A stretch of 64,000 nt of DNA. It comes from Thalia democratica (lineage: Eukaryota). The first letter of the stretch is position 1; each line of letters starts with the position of its first letter. A model generated the notes under the pieces. The model saw nothing but the letters and a program-made list of their open reading frames with translations, did not search any database and had not been told where the DNA came from. Positions 46,266-60,400 of the stretch are shown one piece after another. Both the position numbers and the translations under genes were made by a program. The stretch covers positions 5,022,001-5,086,000 of the forward strand of contig OZ241829.1 of the NCBI GenBank assembly GCA_965202585.1. Reading direction: 5' to 3'.

Positions 46266-49200
46266 CTGTGAGGAAAAATGTTTGAATAAATTAATTTATA
46301 TATAACCTTAAATATAATGAAGAGTTATACATATTAAGAACTTTATTTGTATTTAAAGTTTAAGAGCATTACTAAGTCCAAGTTCGGGTGTAAATTTTAG
46401 TTAATTTAGACCAGGGTCTCATAAAGTGAACAATATCAGTCCCTTTGTGCAGTTTAAGAACTCAAGTAGTTATAAGCACTAAGATAACGATAACTAAATG
46501 AGTAATTACTTAGCAAAAGAACGATATCTAGTAAAAAGTGCTTCGTTTTATTTTAATTTATGCTAAGTAAATAATAATGAAAAATAGTATGGGAAACCTT
46601 GGCTTAAGATTATCAAAAAAAAAGTGTACATGGACACAGTACTTGAGAAAAATATACTACAGAAGTTTAAAAATCTATATAGAACTAAAATTCATTCTCT
46701 GTACTTAGAGTCTGCAATACTTGTCCTAAAAATTTAGATACTTTAAATAATTTTAATTTTGACTATTTTAAAAGCTGGAAACTAGGTGTCGGTCTTAAAA
46801 ATGAAAGTAAAGTTAGTTATTTCTCAGTATAAAATATTTGAGCTTGTATCAACTAATCCACTTTCTAGACTATTTTAATTTGAAACAATTCTTAAAGTTG
46901 TTTGATAAAAAAAGTAAGCTACCAAGGTTGTTTAAAGAGATAATTTTAAACTATGTCTAAATGTTTATAAAAGGAAATACAACAATTGATAATAATATTT
47001 CATTCATGACACTTGAATAAAGTGCTAATAAGAAACCACTCTGACACGATGTTCTATTTTCAGCAAAAATTTTAACCACCAAATAAATTGCTGTTTAATA
47101 CTTTTTAGAAATGCAACGTAACTTAGCTAATATATTAAAATAAAACTATTGATTATAATTGATATATAATATAAATTTAAGTATTTTATTTAGGCTAAAA
47201 CTATTTAGAAAAAGTAATTCTTAATATTGTAATTTCGACAGTCTTTTACTGATGTTTAAACCTTTTTTTAAGATGTAGTTTCAAAAAAAGTTTAATGTAT
47301 AGATATAAAATGCTTTGAAATAGTATTTACAAAATTTATTTGTAAAGGTAAACTTTTTTTCCAATATTTTTAATCTATTACAGCAATAAAATCTTAATTA
47401 TACTCTAAATTAAAACCAGATTGTTTGTGGCCTACTTAGTTTAGTTTTGTTACAACCAAAATCATATTTTAAAGACAGCACCTGTGTCAGCATATTTTTT
47501 CTATAAACACGTAACATTTTTAAATAATAAAAAAGTTTAATTTATTTGGAAGTAACAGTTCGGCTGTAAATAAAGTATATGTAGAACATAAGCTTTGAAG
47601 CTTTTTTTTCAACTAACTTCGTGGTTTAAATTTTAATTTTAAATTAACTTTAACCTAACTAATCAAACATTGTAAGTACAAGTCGTCTTGTTTGTTTGGT
47701 AATAACGCGATAAAATTTACTTGTTAAACTTGTTTTCCTTTACATGTTTTCATAAGAAGACTTCATTGTGCTATTTTTTGTTTACTTGGAGCGTTATTAG
47801 ATGCTTTCAAAAATTGCTTATCATAGTAATTAAAAAAATGTGTTTGTAGAACAGTGATGTGTACAAAAATATTAACTTTAAAATAAATGTTTTCATATTT
47901 AACTGAAAGCATAATAAATTCCTATAATTTTATTTTTTAACAACAAAACTATGTTTATTGAAATTCGTGTTTCTTCGAATTTTCTACTTTTAAAATTTAA
48001 TCATCAGTTTTTGTGTACTTTTTATTTTTACCAACACTACAGATACACAGTAGCGATATTGCAATCAATTTTCTTTGTTTAAAATTGTTACTAGTAAGTT
48101 TCACTTAAATCAGATTAAGTTTAATCACAAGGTTTTGACAGGCGTATAATCAAATCAATACCCTAGGTATACAAGCGAAACAATCTTGTATAAAACAAAA
48201 GAAGTTTACGTTTTGAGCGTGACCGGTTTTATCAAGATAACTCTTCAAATATCTTCATTATTCACTTTTTATCAGGTATCTTTTCTACCTTCTCATATAA
48301 AAACTCCCTACTTTCTATTAAAATATATTCAAACAGTCATCTCTTTATTCTCGAAATTTTTTGCATACTTTTGTTAATTATATATATTTTTATCTTTATT
48401 TGTTAGGTGTCTGGAAGATTATATTAGTGTTTTTGGATACTATTCTTTTCATTGTGTGGTTCTATTTTTAAAGATATTTTTATTAAAAAAGTCTGGTACT
48501 TATTTTTGAATAAATAGTTGCGTACAATAACTGAAATTTTCTCTTGTCTCAAAGTTGAATTTTTTTCACAGTCGCTGACTTAAAATTCGTTAAGAAGAAA
48601 GTTTAAAAAACTTTTTATAATTCTGTAGTTTATATTTTTTATTTTAGCATTTTGTGGGTTAGAAAGTATATACGACAATAAAGGTTTATCATAGAACTTT
48701 AGATTAGATTGAGACTAAAATAAGTGTGAAAATTTGTCATGAGTTTTATTTTATATATTGCCTATATAAATTAACTAATTTAGTTTTTTGTGGAAGTCTT
48801 TGAACACATTGATTATGAAAACACAGTAGAAAAAAAAAGTATAACTAACCGAATTCAGAGGCACAGAAGTTGTCGTTTAGGGTTTCCACCTTAACTTTAC
48901 CCATAGTTCTACAAGGTGCACACACACCAGCTGAAATAAAAACAATTCTTTAGTTGATGTACTAAATAATTGTTAAAAAATATTTTTTTTAAATATACAA
49001 ATATTTTATTTTTTATATAGAATATAAAATAAAAGTGGTATAAAGCAAGAAAAAGTACTTTAAAGAAACCATAACGTAAAATCTCAACTAAAAAAAAAAA
49101 AACAAACAAGTATCTTAAGTAAAGTAAAAAATTTTTAGACGTTATTCTTTTGACTGAAAAGTATTATTTTAAAATTCCAGAGACAATACTTATTTTTGAC

Positions 49201-51462
49201 ATATACTTCAAGTGGGGAAAAAATGTTTATTTCTTAAGTGTTTTTAAAGTGCTTAGTCGTTGTTTATTTCCTTTATTAAAAGTTCTAATTTGTCATAAGA
49301 CGAATATAAAATAATGGTTTTAATCTTACGTTTTGGGAACGAGTCAAATATGCAGTAAGGGACACTTTTGCACGAAGGGTCATTTTTGCACGAGATTAAA
49401 TATATAAATAAACTTTTTTTTTAATCAAGAAAAAAAAAACAACAAATGAATTAATGAAAATAAATAAAATGAAAAACAAGTTACCAATTGAGAATAACGG
49501 TCAGGGGTAATAGTAATAGTAAAAACATAAGTAAAAAATAGCTAAAATATATTATAAAAAAAAAACAAAACAATATAAAATATTAAAATAAATTAATTAA
49601 GTTTATATACTTTCAAGTTGATAATAATGTTAATTTTTTATTATTTATTGAACTAATAATGACGACATAAAGTTTAAAGTTCCAAAGTTCAGCCCTAATT
49701 AATAAGCAAAATAATTTTCAGTTAAACAAATCGTAAAATATCTAAAAACTCATTTACCAAACAGCCTGATTTTACTTGATGTTTTGATTTACGTTTTACA
49801 GTGTTTACTAAGGGCTAAAAACATTAAGAAAAAAATGCGAGGTTGTAAACGTTTCAGAATGTTTACTTGAATGTTGTGAAACCAGTCTTTGGAGGAATTG
49901 TAACAAAAAGTAGATTGTATTTGGAAAGTAAACACGAAATGAGCAAACATGATCATCTGTCCGGTAGAACCAACAGAGCTTATTTTAAGAGGTTTTGTTC
50001 AAGTAACAAATATTGCTGCTGACAAATGTGCTTAGCGTATATTATTCTTCTTAATTTTTGGACAGCTTAATCATAATTTAGTCAAAGCGGCTTGTAACAT
50101 CTTGTAGTGTCTTGTCGCATGCTGGTTCATTCTGATGCATCATTTACAGCGAGACTGGTAGATATTTATGTTTTTTAATCTCAATAATTATGAAATAAAC
50201 TTTATAAAGTTTGTAGCAAAGTTACTTAGGCTAAGGTGTATGAGATTAAAATGATCAAAAAAAATTGTTAGAACATTTTTAAAAGTTTAAGTTTTATTGA
50301 TTGTATTTGTTTGTCAGCTTTTTTATAAATTAAAACTTTTTTTATTGCTATTTTAAAACAATACTTAAAATATTTAATATTAATTTAATCAACAACTAGT
50401 AAATCAAAACTTTAAGTAACTTTTGAAAAAAGTTAAAGTAAAATATTCTTTATAACAAAACAAGTAAAACAGTTTTATGAATTAATAAAATTTGGTTTAT
50501 TCCTTAGTAGTCTTTGTTTTTAACTTATATTTCAAGTGTTCTGAATAATATGTTGATTGATTTTTTATAAAGCAAGTCATTCCTGTTGTATAAAAAAACT
50601 ATTTGTTTATTCCTTGTAAGCATAGAATCCCTAACTTTCATATACAAGGAAACTTAAACGGAGACAAAAAAAACATCCAGTTAGGTAATGATTTTAAAAG
50701 CAGAACATTATCAATAGATATCACTTTTGAGTCGTAAAAAAGGATAAACGAAGCTTATATCAGTCTATACGTGCGTATAACAAACAATAGAACGTTATTA
50801 CAATACATGGATCCTTGTGATATAACTGTTTCACCTGTCTTTGAAATTAAACATTTTTTTCAGTAGGCGTATTAACAGAGACAAAATCTAAAAGGTACAC
50901 ATTTGAGTTGATAATAAAATAAACAAAGTAGATCTATACAAAACTAACGCATGGAGGTTTGTGTTGGTGGGGAGGTCGGGACTTGTGAGACGGTGTTGTT
51001 CAGGTTCACGCATGGCTGCTCATCCGTGAACTGGCTGCAGTTGAGCATGGACGGCCAATCGAACTGGTACTCCCTGAGGACGGGGGCGCACGACCGTTCC
51101 ACGTCACTGCACAGCTGCTTGCACGGCGGGATGGCGCCCACCACTTGCTGCAGGCACACCGGAGCGAAGAGGGAGCAGAGGAAGATGCGGGCGTGGGAGT
51201 GGCAGCCCTGGCGGAGGAGGGGAACGAAGGAAGCGGCCTGCTGCTTCACCTCGACCAGCGTTTCGTGGCGGAGGAGGTTGGGGAGGACCATGTCGGAGTA
51301 GCCGACGCCGTGGCACAGCTTCAGGTCGTTGGGGATGCGCACGCAGGTGAAGTGGCTGCCCCCTTGAGAGTGGAACTTGCTGCCCATATAGCTCCCACTA
51401 GTGGTGGTTGTCATGGTGATGGCGACCAGCAAAAGAGAAAGTAGCTGGGTTTTGTCGCGCAT
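45817..51462 (-). CDS. SFRP1/2/5: Secreted frizzled-related protein copy C, 347 aa; exons 51462-50949, 48930-48850, 46265-45817
   Basis: Same 3-exon structure as A, intact frame and splice sites. Confidence 0.95.
48850..48930 (-). CDS. SFRP1/2/5: sFRP-C exon 2
   Basis: 81 nt, synonymous differences only. Confidence 0.92.
50949..51462 (-). CDS. SFRP1/2/5: sFRP-C coding exon 1
   Basis: ORF 50944..51462; 4 substitutions relative to A. Confidence 0.95.
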
Positions 51463-51497
51463 TACTTATATTGTTTATATTAATCTGGAAAACTAAA

Positions 51498-54400
51498 ATT
51501 TAATCAAAAAAGTTAAATAAGTTTTGATCGTTTCAGAATTTTATGTTGTACAACTTCTATAAAATTTAACTGTTTTTGCTGCTTTAATTTATAAAAATCA
51601 AATTCATCATTTTATTACTGAAACATTTTAGCTAATAAGCAATACAAAGATACATTACTTTTAATTCGGTTGTCTCTTGAGAAATAAAAGACTTGAGTGC
51701 CAAACCAAATTGACAGACAAGGTTTTTACTGTTGTAAAAATAAGATTAGCTACTTATTATAACACACTGCTTAAAATAGAAGCTACTCGGTCAAACATAA
51801 CATTTACAGTACTAATTTTTTAAAACATATATAACTAATAGAGTAGTTTTGAATTTTTGTGTGAAACCATACTTAAAATTGAATACTGACTAGTAAATAT
51901 GAGAAAAGCAGTGTTTAAGTTATAGTAATTTGAAGCTCACTTGTCGCTTATCAACGATTAATGAATTAAACAAGCACTAAGCTTCTTATTTTAGTTGCAA
52001 CTTGAGAAAAAGACAATATTGGCCACTATGAGGCGTAAAAGAGTTCCAAGGCTGAGATTTTCTCGATTGAATGTCGCACTGCTTAAGTTTAACTGATTTT
52101 AAAGTTTTGTACAAACTTTTTTTGTTTATAATTGTAATTTTTAGACGTTATTCAATTGCTATAAATATTAATTTAAATGTTTTTCAAGTTTTAAACTATT
52201 TTTTTGTTTACAAATGCTTTTAACGTTCTAGTTTTTAAGTTTAAACAATTTTATTAGACATAGTCCTAAAAAAATATGTATAAACAAACTAGATGTTCAA
52301 ACATTATAGGTAGTATATAAGCTAAAGCTTATAAACTTTCTAAAGTTTTACATTGATGGTTAAAGAAATTTACTATTATCTTAGAAACTTAATTATCTTT
52401 CTAGTTTTAAACAAGTTCATCAACTTTATTTTGAAAAAAGACCAAGCAAAAATTTTAAAAATCTGTTTTCTTTATTTTAAAAAGTTTTTATAATTTTTTT
52501 AACATATAAAAAAAATCCGGAAATGAAGCTAAATGTGTATTAAAAATACTTTCACTTATTTTTGCAACTAAACATATTCCTTCAATTAATAACATCAACA
52601 CTAATACAACTTTTCCATGCTTGTAACTTATTATTAGCGTATTAGATAACACTTCTAAAAGTGATTCAATGTTGTAATATAGATGAAAGTTATGTCAATG
52701 TAGTGGTGTTAATATTTAGTAGATTAATTTGCTATGACCTTTTAATATATTAGCAGACATACAAGTTTAATCTGCTTTTTATTCAATTACTGCCGATATA
52801 CTTGCGAATATCAACAGCTTTGTAAATAAGTATGTGACACGTTTGTATGGTGTCCAATTTAAATCATTATCTTTTAATAGTTTAGGTAAAATTTTCACAA
52901 CTGAGATTTGTTTACAGATAAATTTGAGTTAAAATGGAGTATTAGTTTGAATAAACTTTGGCGCATGTTAAAACTTTTAATGTCACGTAATCTGTATAAG
53001 TGTATCTAACTTTAATCTTTTTCCATGATGAAAATGTTAAAGAGTTGGACTTAAGTGTTTATTACACTTAAAAAACACTGATAAGCATTAAGTTTTAATT
53101 TTTACTAATTTGAAAACAAAAAACAAGATAGTATGAAGATGTGAAAAAGATAAGTAAATTAAAATTAAGAACTGTTAAAACATTTATGAAAAATGTTTTA
53201 TTTCTCAAAAAAAAACATATGATTAATGTTGATAAGTTTTATCTCTACTATCTATTACCTAACAAAAAAACTCCTTACAAACGTTTTTTATTTTAATGTT
53301 TGTTATGTACGTATTAGATAAAGCTGTTATGCAGGTAGAATTGTGTTTAAATTATAAGTACGTTACTAAACAATTTTACTCTTGCTAACAGGCTTAAAAA
53401 TAAAAATCATTAATTTAATCTTTCCAATAATAAAACGTTTTCCGAGAAAAAAAACCACACTCTTGTTTTGGTTTATACCTTTAGCCGTTTTTGTTTAAAG
53501 ATTTCACTAACAAATACACACAAATCAAGATTTCCAGACTAATTGGAGAATTAATGTCAGATTTCACTAATCTCCGACGTGAAAGTTAGCTCACAACACA
53601 GAAGTATGATACTTTGATCTAACTGATTGCGATTAGTTTGTACTAATTTTGCAATAAATATAGTAACTAAGTTGCACAGGACAAAAATAAATTTTCCAAT
53701 GTGGTTTATGTTGAATTTATTGCTGTTTGGAGGGAGCTTCAAGCCTGCAATCAGATTTTAAATAAAAAGTATATTTAATGTGTTTGTTTTATCATAAACA
53801 TACTATATGTACAATAGTTTTCAATTTTATTATTTTCATTTTTCATACTTGTTTTAAACCAGCATATATTTAGATCTAAATTAAAATTTAGATTTTAATT
53901 AAGTGTGCATAAGTTTTATAATGATTAACAAATGTACATAAAATCAACATATTTAATAACTAAAAGATACACAAACATCACAAAATTTTATGTGTACAAA
54001 GTTTTATCAGTATACTGTATTAACTTTATGTGATTAAAGCTGAAACACAAACCAAACTTATTTCAAACAATCAATCTTCTTTGCACGTTCAAACTCTAAT
54101 TAATGATTAAACGCCGGTTCAAGTTTTGAAATAAAAGGATGCAGAACAACAAGTTTGCAGAAGTTTTATTAAAAACGTGAACAAACATGAACTTGCTGCA
54201 AATCAGCAGAAATTCTGTCAAAAAAAAGCAGATTGATTACTATTTCCGTTTAACTTGCATTATTAGCATGTGAAACTTGTTTCATGAAAATTTAGCGATT
54301 TTTCTTTTGCTTTGGCGCTTAAAGCTGTTGAAGTAAACACAACATGATGTTGAAAATCTTATCAAGCTGTATTTTCAAGTTTATATTGTTAGATTTATTT

Positions 54401-57400
54401 TTTAGTTTATAGCGTCTGAAATGGTATGTTTAAAACAAAATTAACAATAAAATAAGTTATAAGTTTTAAAGGTAATTTGTTGAACTTTGTTCTTGTAAAT
54501 TATTCAAATATGTAAACATATTTATGAAAAGTTCAAAAAATTCTGATTCAATTTTAAAAACAATAAAACTGTAATACTTAAGCTTCAAAACAAGAAAATA
54601 TTGTAACAAAAAGTATATATTTTGTTTGATAACTTTTTTTATTTGTTTAAAGAAATTACTAAAATGTAAGAAAAATCAAGAATACTAATAAAAAAACAAA
54701 TTTAAACAAAAATTACCATGTAATAAATGGTATAAGCTCCTAACTTAAATTCAATTTACGTTTATGTTTTTACGTCATGATAGTTTTTGTAATAATAAAT
54801 TTTATTATCAAAAACATTTGGTAAAAATGTCTTCATACATTGTATTTTTTGACAGATGAAATGCAAATTTTATATCATGATATGTGTTAATTACCATCAA
54901 GATTTGTAATAACTTAAATACTGAGCTTGTAGTAATAGTAAGTTGCTATAAGAAAAGTTAAAACACAAAAAACAGTGAAATTTATCGACCTTAAACTTTA
55001 CCTTGCTTCAAATTTCAGAAAATATATAACAATAACTTCAGCAACAATTATTTTTTAATTATGCGCACATTTAACAGTTTACTAAAACAGCAACTTAACA
55101 AAAAGATAAGAATTAAACGTTTATGGTGTGTACTTTACAAATACTGCAAAAAGAAACAAAGTTCTCTGTGTATAAAAATTTAAACTGCTTATATTTTGCT
55201 ACTTTTAAGCTACTTATATATGTTCTTACAGTTTAAATAATGTACTTAAATTTTATCTTTGATATTAAAGTGGTTTGATAAAAAAATTGTTTTTACTAAA
55301 CATAATTTTAGCAAAACACGCGTAGTTTACCATTTGTTTTAAAATTTCGTTAATCAAATAATTAATAAAGATTATAATATAGAAGACAATATATACTACC
55401 GAAATAAGCTGGTTGTTGTTTTTTCTACCTCTTTTTTCATACTAAAGTTTAAATAATGGTAAACTTTAAAAAAATAATTTTGTTTAACTTATCATAAATA
55501 CTAGTTGTAGAAACAATAATACTTTATAATGGAAACAACTAGTTTTAAACACTTAACAAATGATATTTAGCATTTTTTAAGAATTATTTTTTTTTAAACA
55601 CTCACTTATGCATAATAATAAACGATGAAATACCTTACAAACTTAACTCTTACTCACTTTTAAATTTACTACCAAAATAAAAAAGTAACCTCAAGTATTA
55701 TTAAAACAAAAAAAAATAGATTTCACTGCAGGTTGGCTTTAAAATTAAAAATATCTAAAAATCAGAGATGGTTGGCATAACAACAAGTTTGGGTTTCTAG
55801 GGTCGTTCGTCTTCATCAAATGCCCCTTTTATTTGCTGACTGGCTTTTATCACCACTTGGATATCAACTTCTTCTCAGAGGGGAGTCGTTGCTAAGTAAC
55901 CGATTAATTATCTGGGTTCAAACCCCGGTCATGTGTACACAGGTAAATTGTTCAAATAAACGAGGAACTGGGTTTAAACAAAATTAATTGCCTTCTAATT
56001 GATTTTTTGGCTTCAAACGGATGTTTTGATTGTCCGCTTTTACTAAATCAAAGCTATAAAAAGCTTCTTTAAATTTACAAAATTGAAATAAAAATAAAGT
56101 ATAGTGTTTATGGCTTGTAACTAACTTTTAGAAATATATTTAACAATAAACTTAAACTTATAAAAAATTTTAATAAACTTAAACTAAATTTTATTTAAAT
56201 AGAAGCATTTATGTTAAAAAAAAGCTTAATTAATGAAGTTAATTAAAAAACAAAATTAAAAACTCAGTTTTAGCTAAAATCTAAACAATAAGTCATTCTC
56301 CACGCCTATATATAAGTAAATTATGTACTGTTACCCAAAGGATTACCATTTTCTTCTATGTTTAAAGCGAAATCCAAACAGCTTTAAGCTGTGCTAAAAC
56401 AAGTAAAATCAACATAAAAACTATTACCTAAATCTAATGTACAACGTGGTTCATTTTACTTTTCAAGTGACTTTCAAGAACTTACGTCACAATTAACAGC
56501 TAACAACTTGGTAGAACTAGCAGCAGTTTTATTGCACAGTGCTAACAATGAAAAAAATAAAATAAAAAGATGTCTAAAGTTGCCTATTGAGCTGAAAAGA
56601 AATAGCAAAAAAAAGGTGTGATATTTTTGTTTAGTTTACAGTGAATAAGACAACTTAAAATTATAAAGATTCTTTTGTAAGGGACAAATGAAATGTAAGA
56701 TGGTGAACTTTGCCGTGAATCTAAAAATAAAAATAAACAAGTAATCTTAACACTTGTAACATTAAGCAAATGTTTGTTTTTCTCGTAATTGTAAGCAGCC
56801 TAAAGTTCAATAAACTGCTACCGATCGTAATTTTTCAATTTTCTATTGTGACGAAATGATTAATGTTATCGACAAAAGTTTTTGAAATTGTGACGTCATA
56901 GTATAAATAATGTCGCGTGACCATTCTACCGATCGTGTAGCAAAATCACCTGCAGACAGACACCAGATTTTGTTTATTTATTTATTACAACATGTCTCAC
57001 AAATTTATTAGACCGAGCTTGTGTTCTTTTACTTGCTTATTCCATGCTTATTTTAAAAGAATGTATTTTGTCTTGCTATGCCCGCAAATGTACAGCTGCT
57101 AACAGCTAATATTTCTTTAAAAAGTCTTTAAATTGGATTTATTTTTCCTTCTTACGCTATATTTTTATTAAATTCCATATTTTAAGTTTTGTTTAAAGTA
57201 TATTTTTGGTATTAATAATATTTACTTGCTGGCTAGACACCTACACAATATGTATACAATTGGTTTGTTACATTTTAATTTGTCTCATTACTAAGAAAAA
57301 ATAAGATTTTAATAAAGGCGGTAAAAAAGTCTTTGGTTTATTTCATACTAAAAACAGTCAAGTATTTTAATTAAAAGAAAACAGTTTAAACTATAACATA

Positions 57401-60400
57401 TTCTTATTTTCAATACTAATATCAAATATTAATTTAAAAACAACAGTATACTTAGACTGTATCATTTCAACTTTAGAATTGTAACCAAAATATTTAAAAA
57501 AATTTGCCAACTGAAACTTTTTTTAAACTTTTAACCTGTAGATTTTGCTTAACTCTAAGCATTAAATGTTGTTTAACTTTGGACAAATCACTAGTTTAAG
57601 ATATTCTGAATATTTCTTTTATATTAAATAAATTAAAATAAAAAGCACACAGCTAAAAATTTTTCCAACAACAGTTTTTCCCGCGGGACATACTTAAATT
57701 ATGAAATAAAGGAAACTTAATATGTTTGTTTACATTTATGTAATGACACCAGCTCAATATATACAGTTTTTAATAATGTTTTTTATACATGCGTACATTG
57801 TTGATACAAGCAGTTCCTAACGCACGCAATTAGCTCCATGTACTTTAGAAATAAAACGTTTTCGTACACAACACTATTTACCGGCAATTAGTTCCAAATA
57901 CGTAAAGGTACAAAGCTACGCAGTTCCAATGCAATTTCGACAAACAATACTTGTTACAAATTAATCGCAGTAGACATGTTCTGCGTAAAAAAACATGCTT
58001 ACGTAATTTCTTATTTATTTCCTGTATGTGATTGAAGAAAAAAACTAGATTGGAAATTAAATAATAACAAAGGTTTTAGTTTTTTATCTTATTGGGGAGA
58101 CATTCATCATCTTCATTGGATGGACAGGTAGCAACTATTGTCTGCTAATGTGACGATTGAAGTTGTCAGCTGTGATCACGAGGTGTGCAGGTGTTATGAC
58201 GTCACAACAAGGCAAGCTATGAATAGTTGCATCAGGTTTATTATTTTGTTGTAAGTTTCATGATCAATAGTTAAATTTTGCTGAGCTTTCTTGCAAGTTT
58301 TCTGCGTACATTTTGTGATGGGGCTTTTGATTTTCAGCAAAGAACTTTCGTAAAAGATACACATGATTTTAAAAACAAACGTATTTTTTATTAATTTTCG
58401 TTTTATTATTGATAATTAATTAAGAACACGATGATTGTTTACAAAACTTTAAGTATTTTTTCTTTTAAGTAAGGATTGTTTTTTTGCAATTTCAAACAAT
58501 TTTAAATTAATTTATTAATGAAATTTGCAAACAAATCACTTTTTTTGAATTTTTAAAATAAAAATATTTTCATAAAGTTATTCTGCTTTAATTTAAGTGT
58601 TTTTTTATTATAAGCATAATAATTACTTTTAAAGTTTGTTTTGACGAAGTAAAATTACCGTATATATAAAAACTTAATTAACAAAAACTGTGGGAAAATT
58701 TACAAAAAAGCTAAATTAGATTGGCAATTCTTGTAGTTTAATTAGATTAATTAAACATTCAGCTGTAAATTCAGTAGAAAAGTTTACTACGTTTTGCGAT
58801 AAGGAAGTCATTAAAAAACTTGCAAATTCGAACGGATTAAGTTTTAAAACAAATTTTATTGTTGAACTGTAAAAATCGAATTACAGCTAAACTTTTTGTG
58901 CAGATAGTTTGTGTATTTTGCATATTGTTTTTAAAATCAGATAATTTTCATTAGTTTGTGGATTAGTTTTACAAGCAGTAAATTACATCGACGAACGAGT
59001 AAATAGCAGAGTAAATAAGAAGTAAACAAAATATTTCCGTTTGAGAAAAGTTGTGGAAAAAATAAAAGCTGAAATTTTAGGTTTTTTGTACTAATTTTTT
59101 TACCGGACGAAAACAATTTATTAAAATAAAAACTTAACTTTTGTTTAAATTTCCAAGCTTACTCATTAATAAGAAAATAATAAGTATGTATTTATAATAA
59201 GTGAAAAATAGATTTCTGTTTTAATCTTTGATGGAATGAAAATAATGTTTCGAGTAAAGCTATTTACATAAAAAAATATTTTTGATATTAAAAATAAACA
59301 AAAGTGTCTCCATCTGTTAAAATATAACTTTTACAATAGTTTGCATAGCCTATCAAGTCTGTAAATTAAAGTAATAATAGATCAATATGTTCAAATAATA
59401 TTTTCAGCAAAACAAGGTAATCAATATTCCAATTTTTTTTCACATTTTATTCAGTAAACATTTTAAATCAATATACATTAATGTATTGCATTTAATGACA
59501 CAATAGCTTCAAACATATGCTTCTAAAATAGTGTTGAGTTAAATTATAGTTTAGTATAGAATTTATACTGTTACCAAAATAAAATTACTTTCATTCACCA
59601 ATCAGTCACTCGATACTTATAACTTCTGCCAAACCGGACTGCTTTTTAATTTTAGTTACGCGCCGTTTACATCTAATTTACTTGAACAGCATTTTCAGTT
59701 TTTTGGATGTAAAATAAAATTAGATTTAAATTAAGTTTCAAATCTTAAAGTTCTTTTCTATACAAATATACATTTCTAGTATCGATTTCTTATTTCTTGT
59801 TATGTTTTAAAATGCGTTGAATTTATTTTTAAATTGTTTTTTTTATCTTACTTTTAATTATCTTTTATAATATTTAAGTTTCCTTCAAGCAAGTTAGTAA
59901 ATTAAGCTGCTAAATGCTTTTCTAACTTTGCATTCCAGATATTTTTTTTTATAATTTATTGTTTATTAACGTAAATAAACCAAAAAAATTAAAAGCAAAA
60001 AACCATTTGTACTAATAAGAATAAAAATATTCATTAGCTTTAAACTAGTGACTAATAAAAAGTTGTGTTATTTTAAGTATATTACTACATGAGAACTCAA
60101 ACGACAATAATCACGCTGGAATGGCATAAAATAAACAAGACATTTATTAAAAGAAAACATGAAAATTTATAAAATAAACAAGCTATTTATTATAAGAAAA
60201 TAATCACACCTTTTTCGCGGACTTGAATGTTTACATTAGAACATTCAAGTATTGTTGAATTGTGTGACTTGTGTATATTAGCTTGTATGATTGATTGTTT
60301 TCAATTAACTGTAAATTTAAAGTGATTTATCATGTACTTAACACATTTTTCTTGAAAATTATTAAGATTGAAAATAAACAGATGATTTAGTATAAAAAAA

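Larger units (their letters stand above)
34218..46286. repeat. Segmental duplicate, copy 2 (sFRP-B exon 1 through sFRP-C exon 3), partner 17175-29288
   Basis: As above; the duplicated spurious ORFs in the track reflect this. Confidence 0.97.

Noticed and set aside
11977-51497. CRISPR array or prokaryotic/viral system suggested by periodic repeats
   Set aside because: The sequence is intron-containing eukaryotic DNA. The repeats are 17-kb segmental duplications or roughly 100-nt exon duplications, with no repeat-spacer structure or cas-like ORFs.
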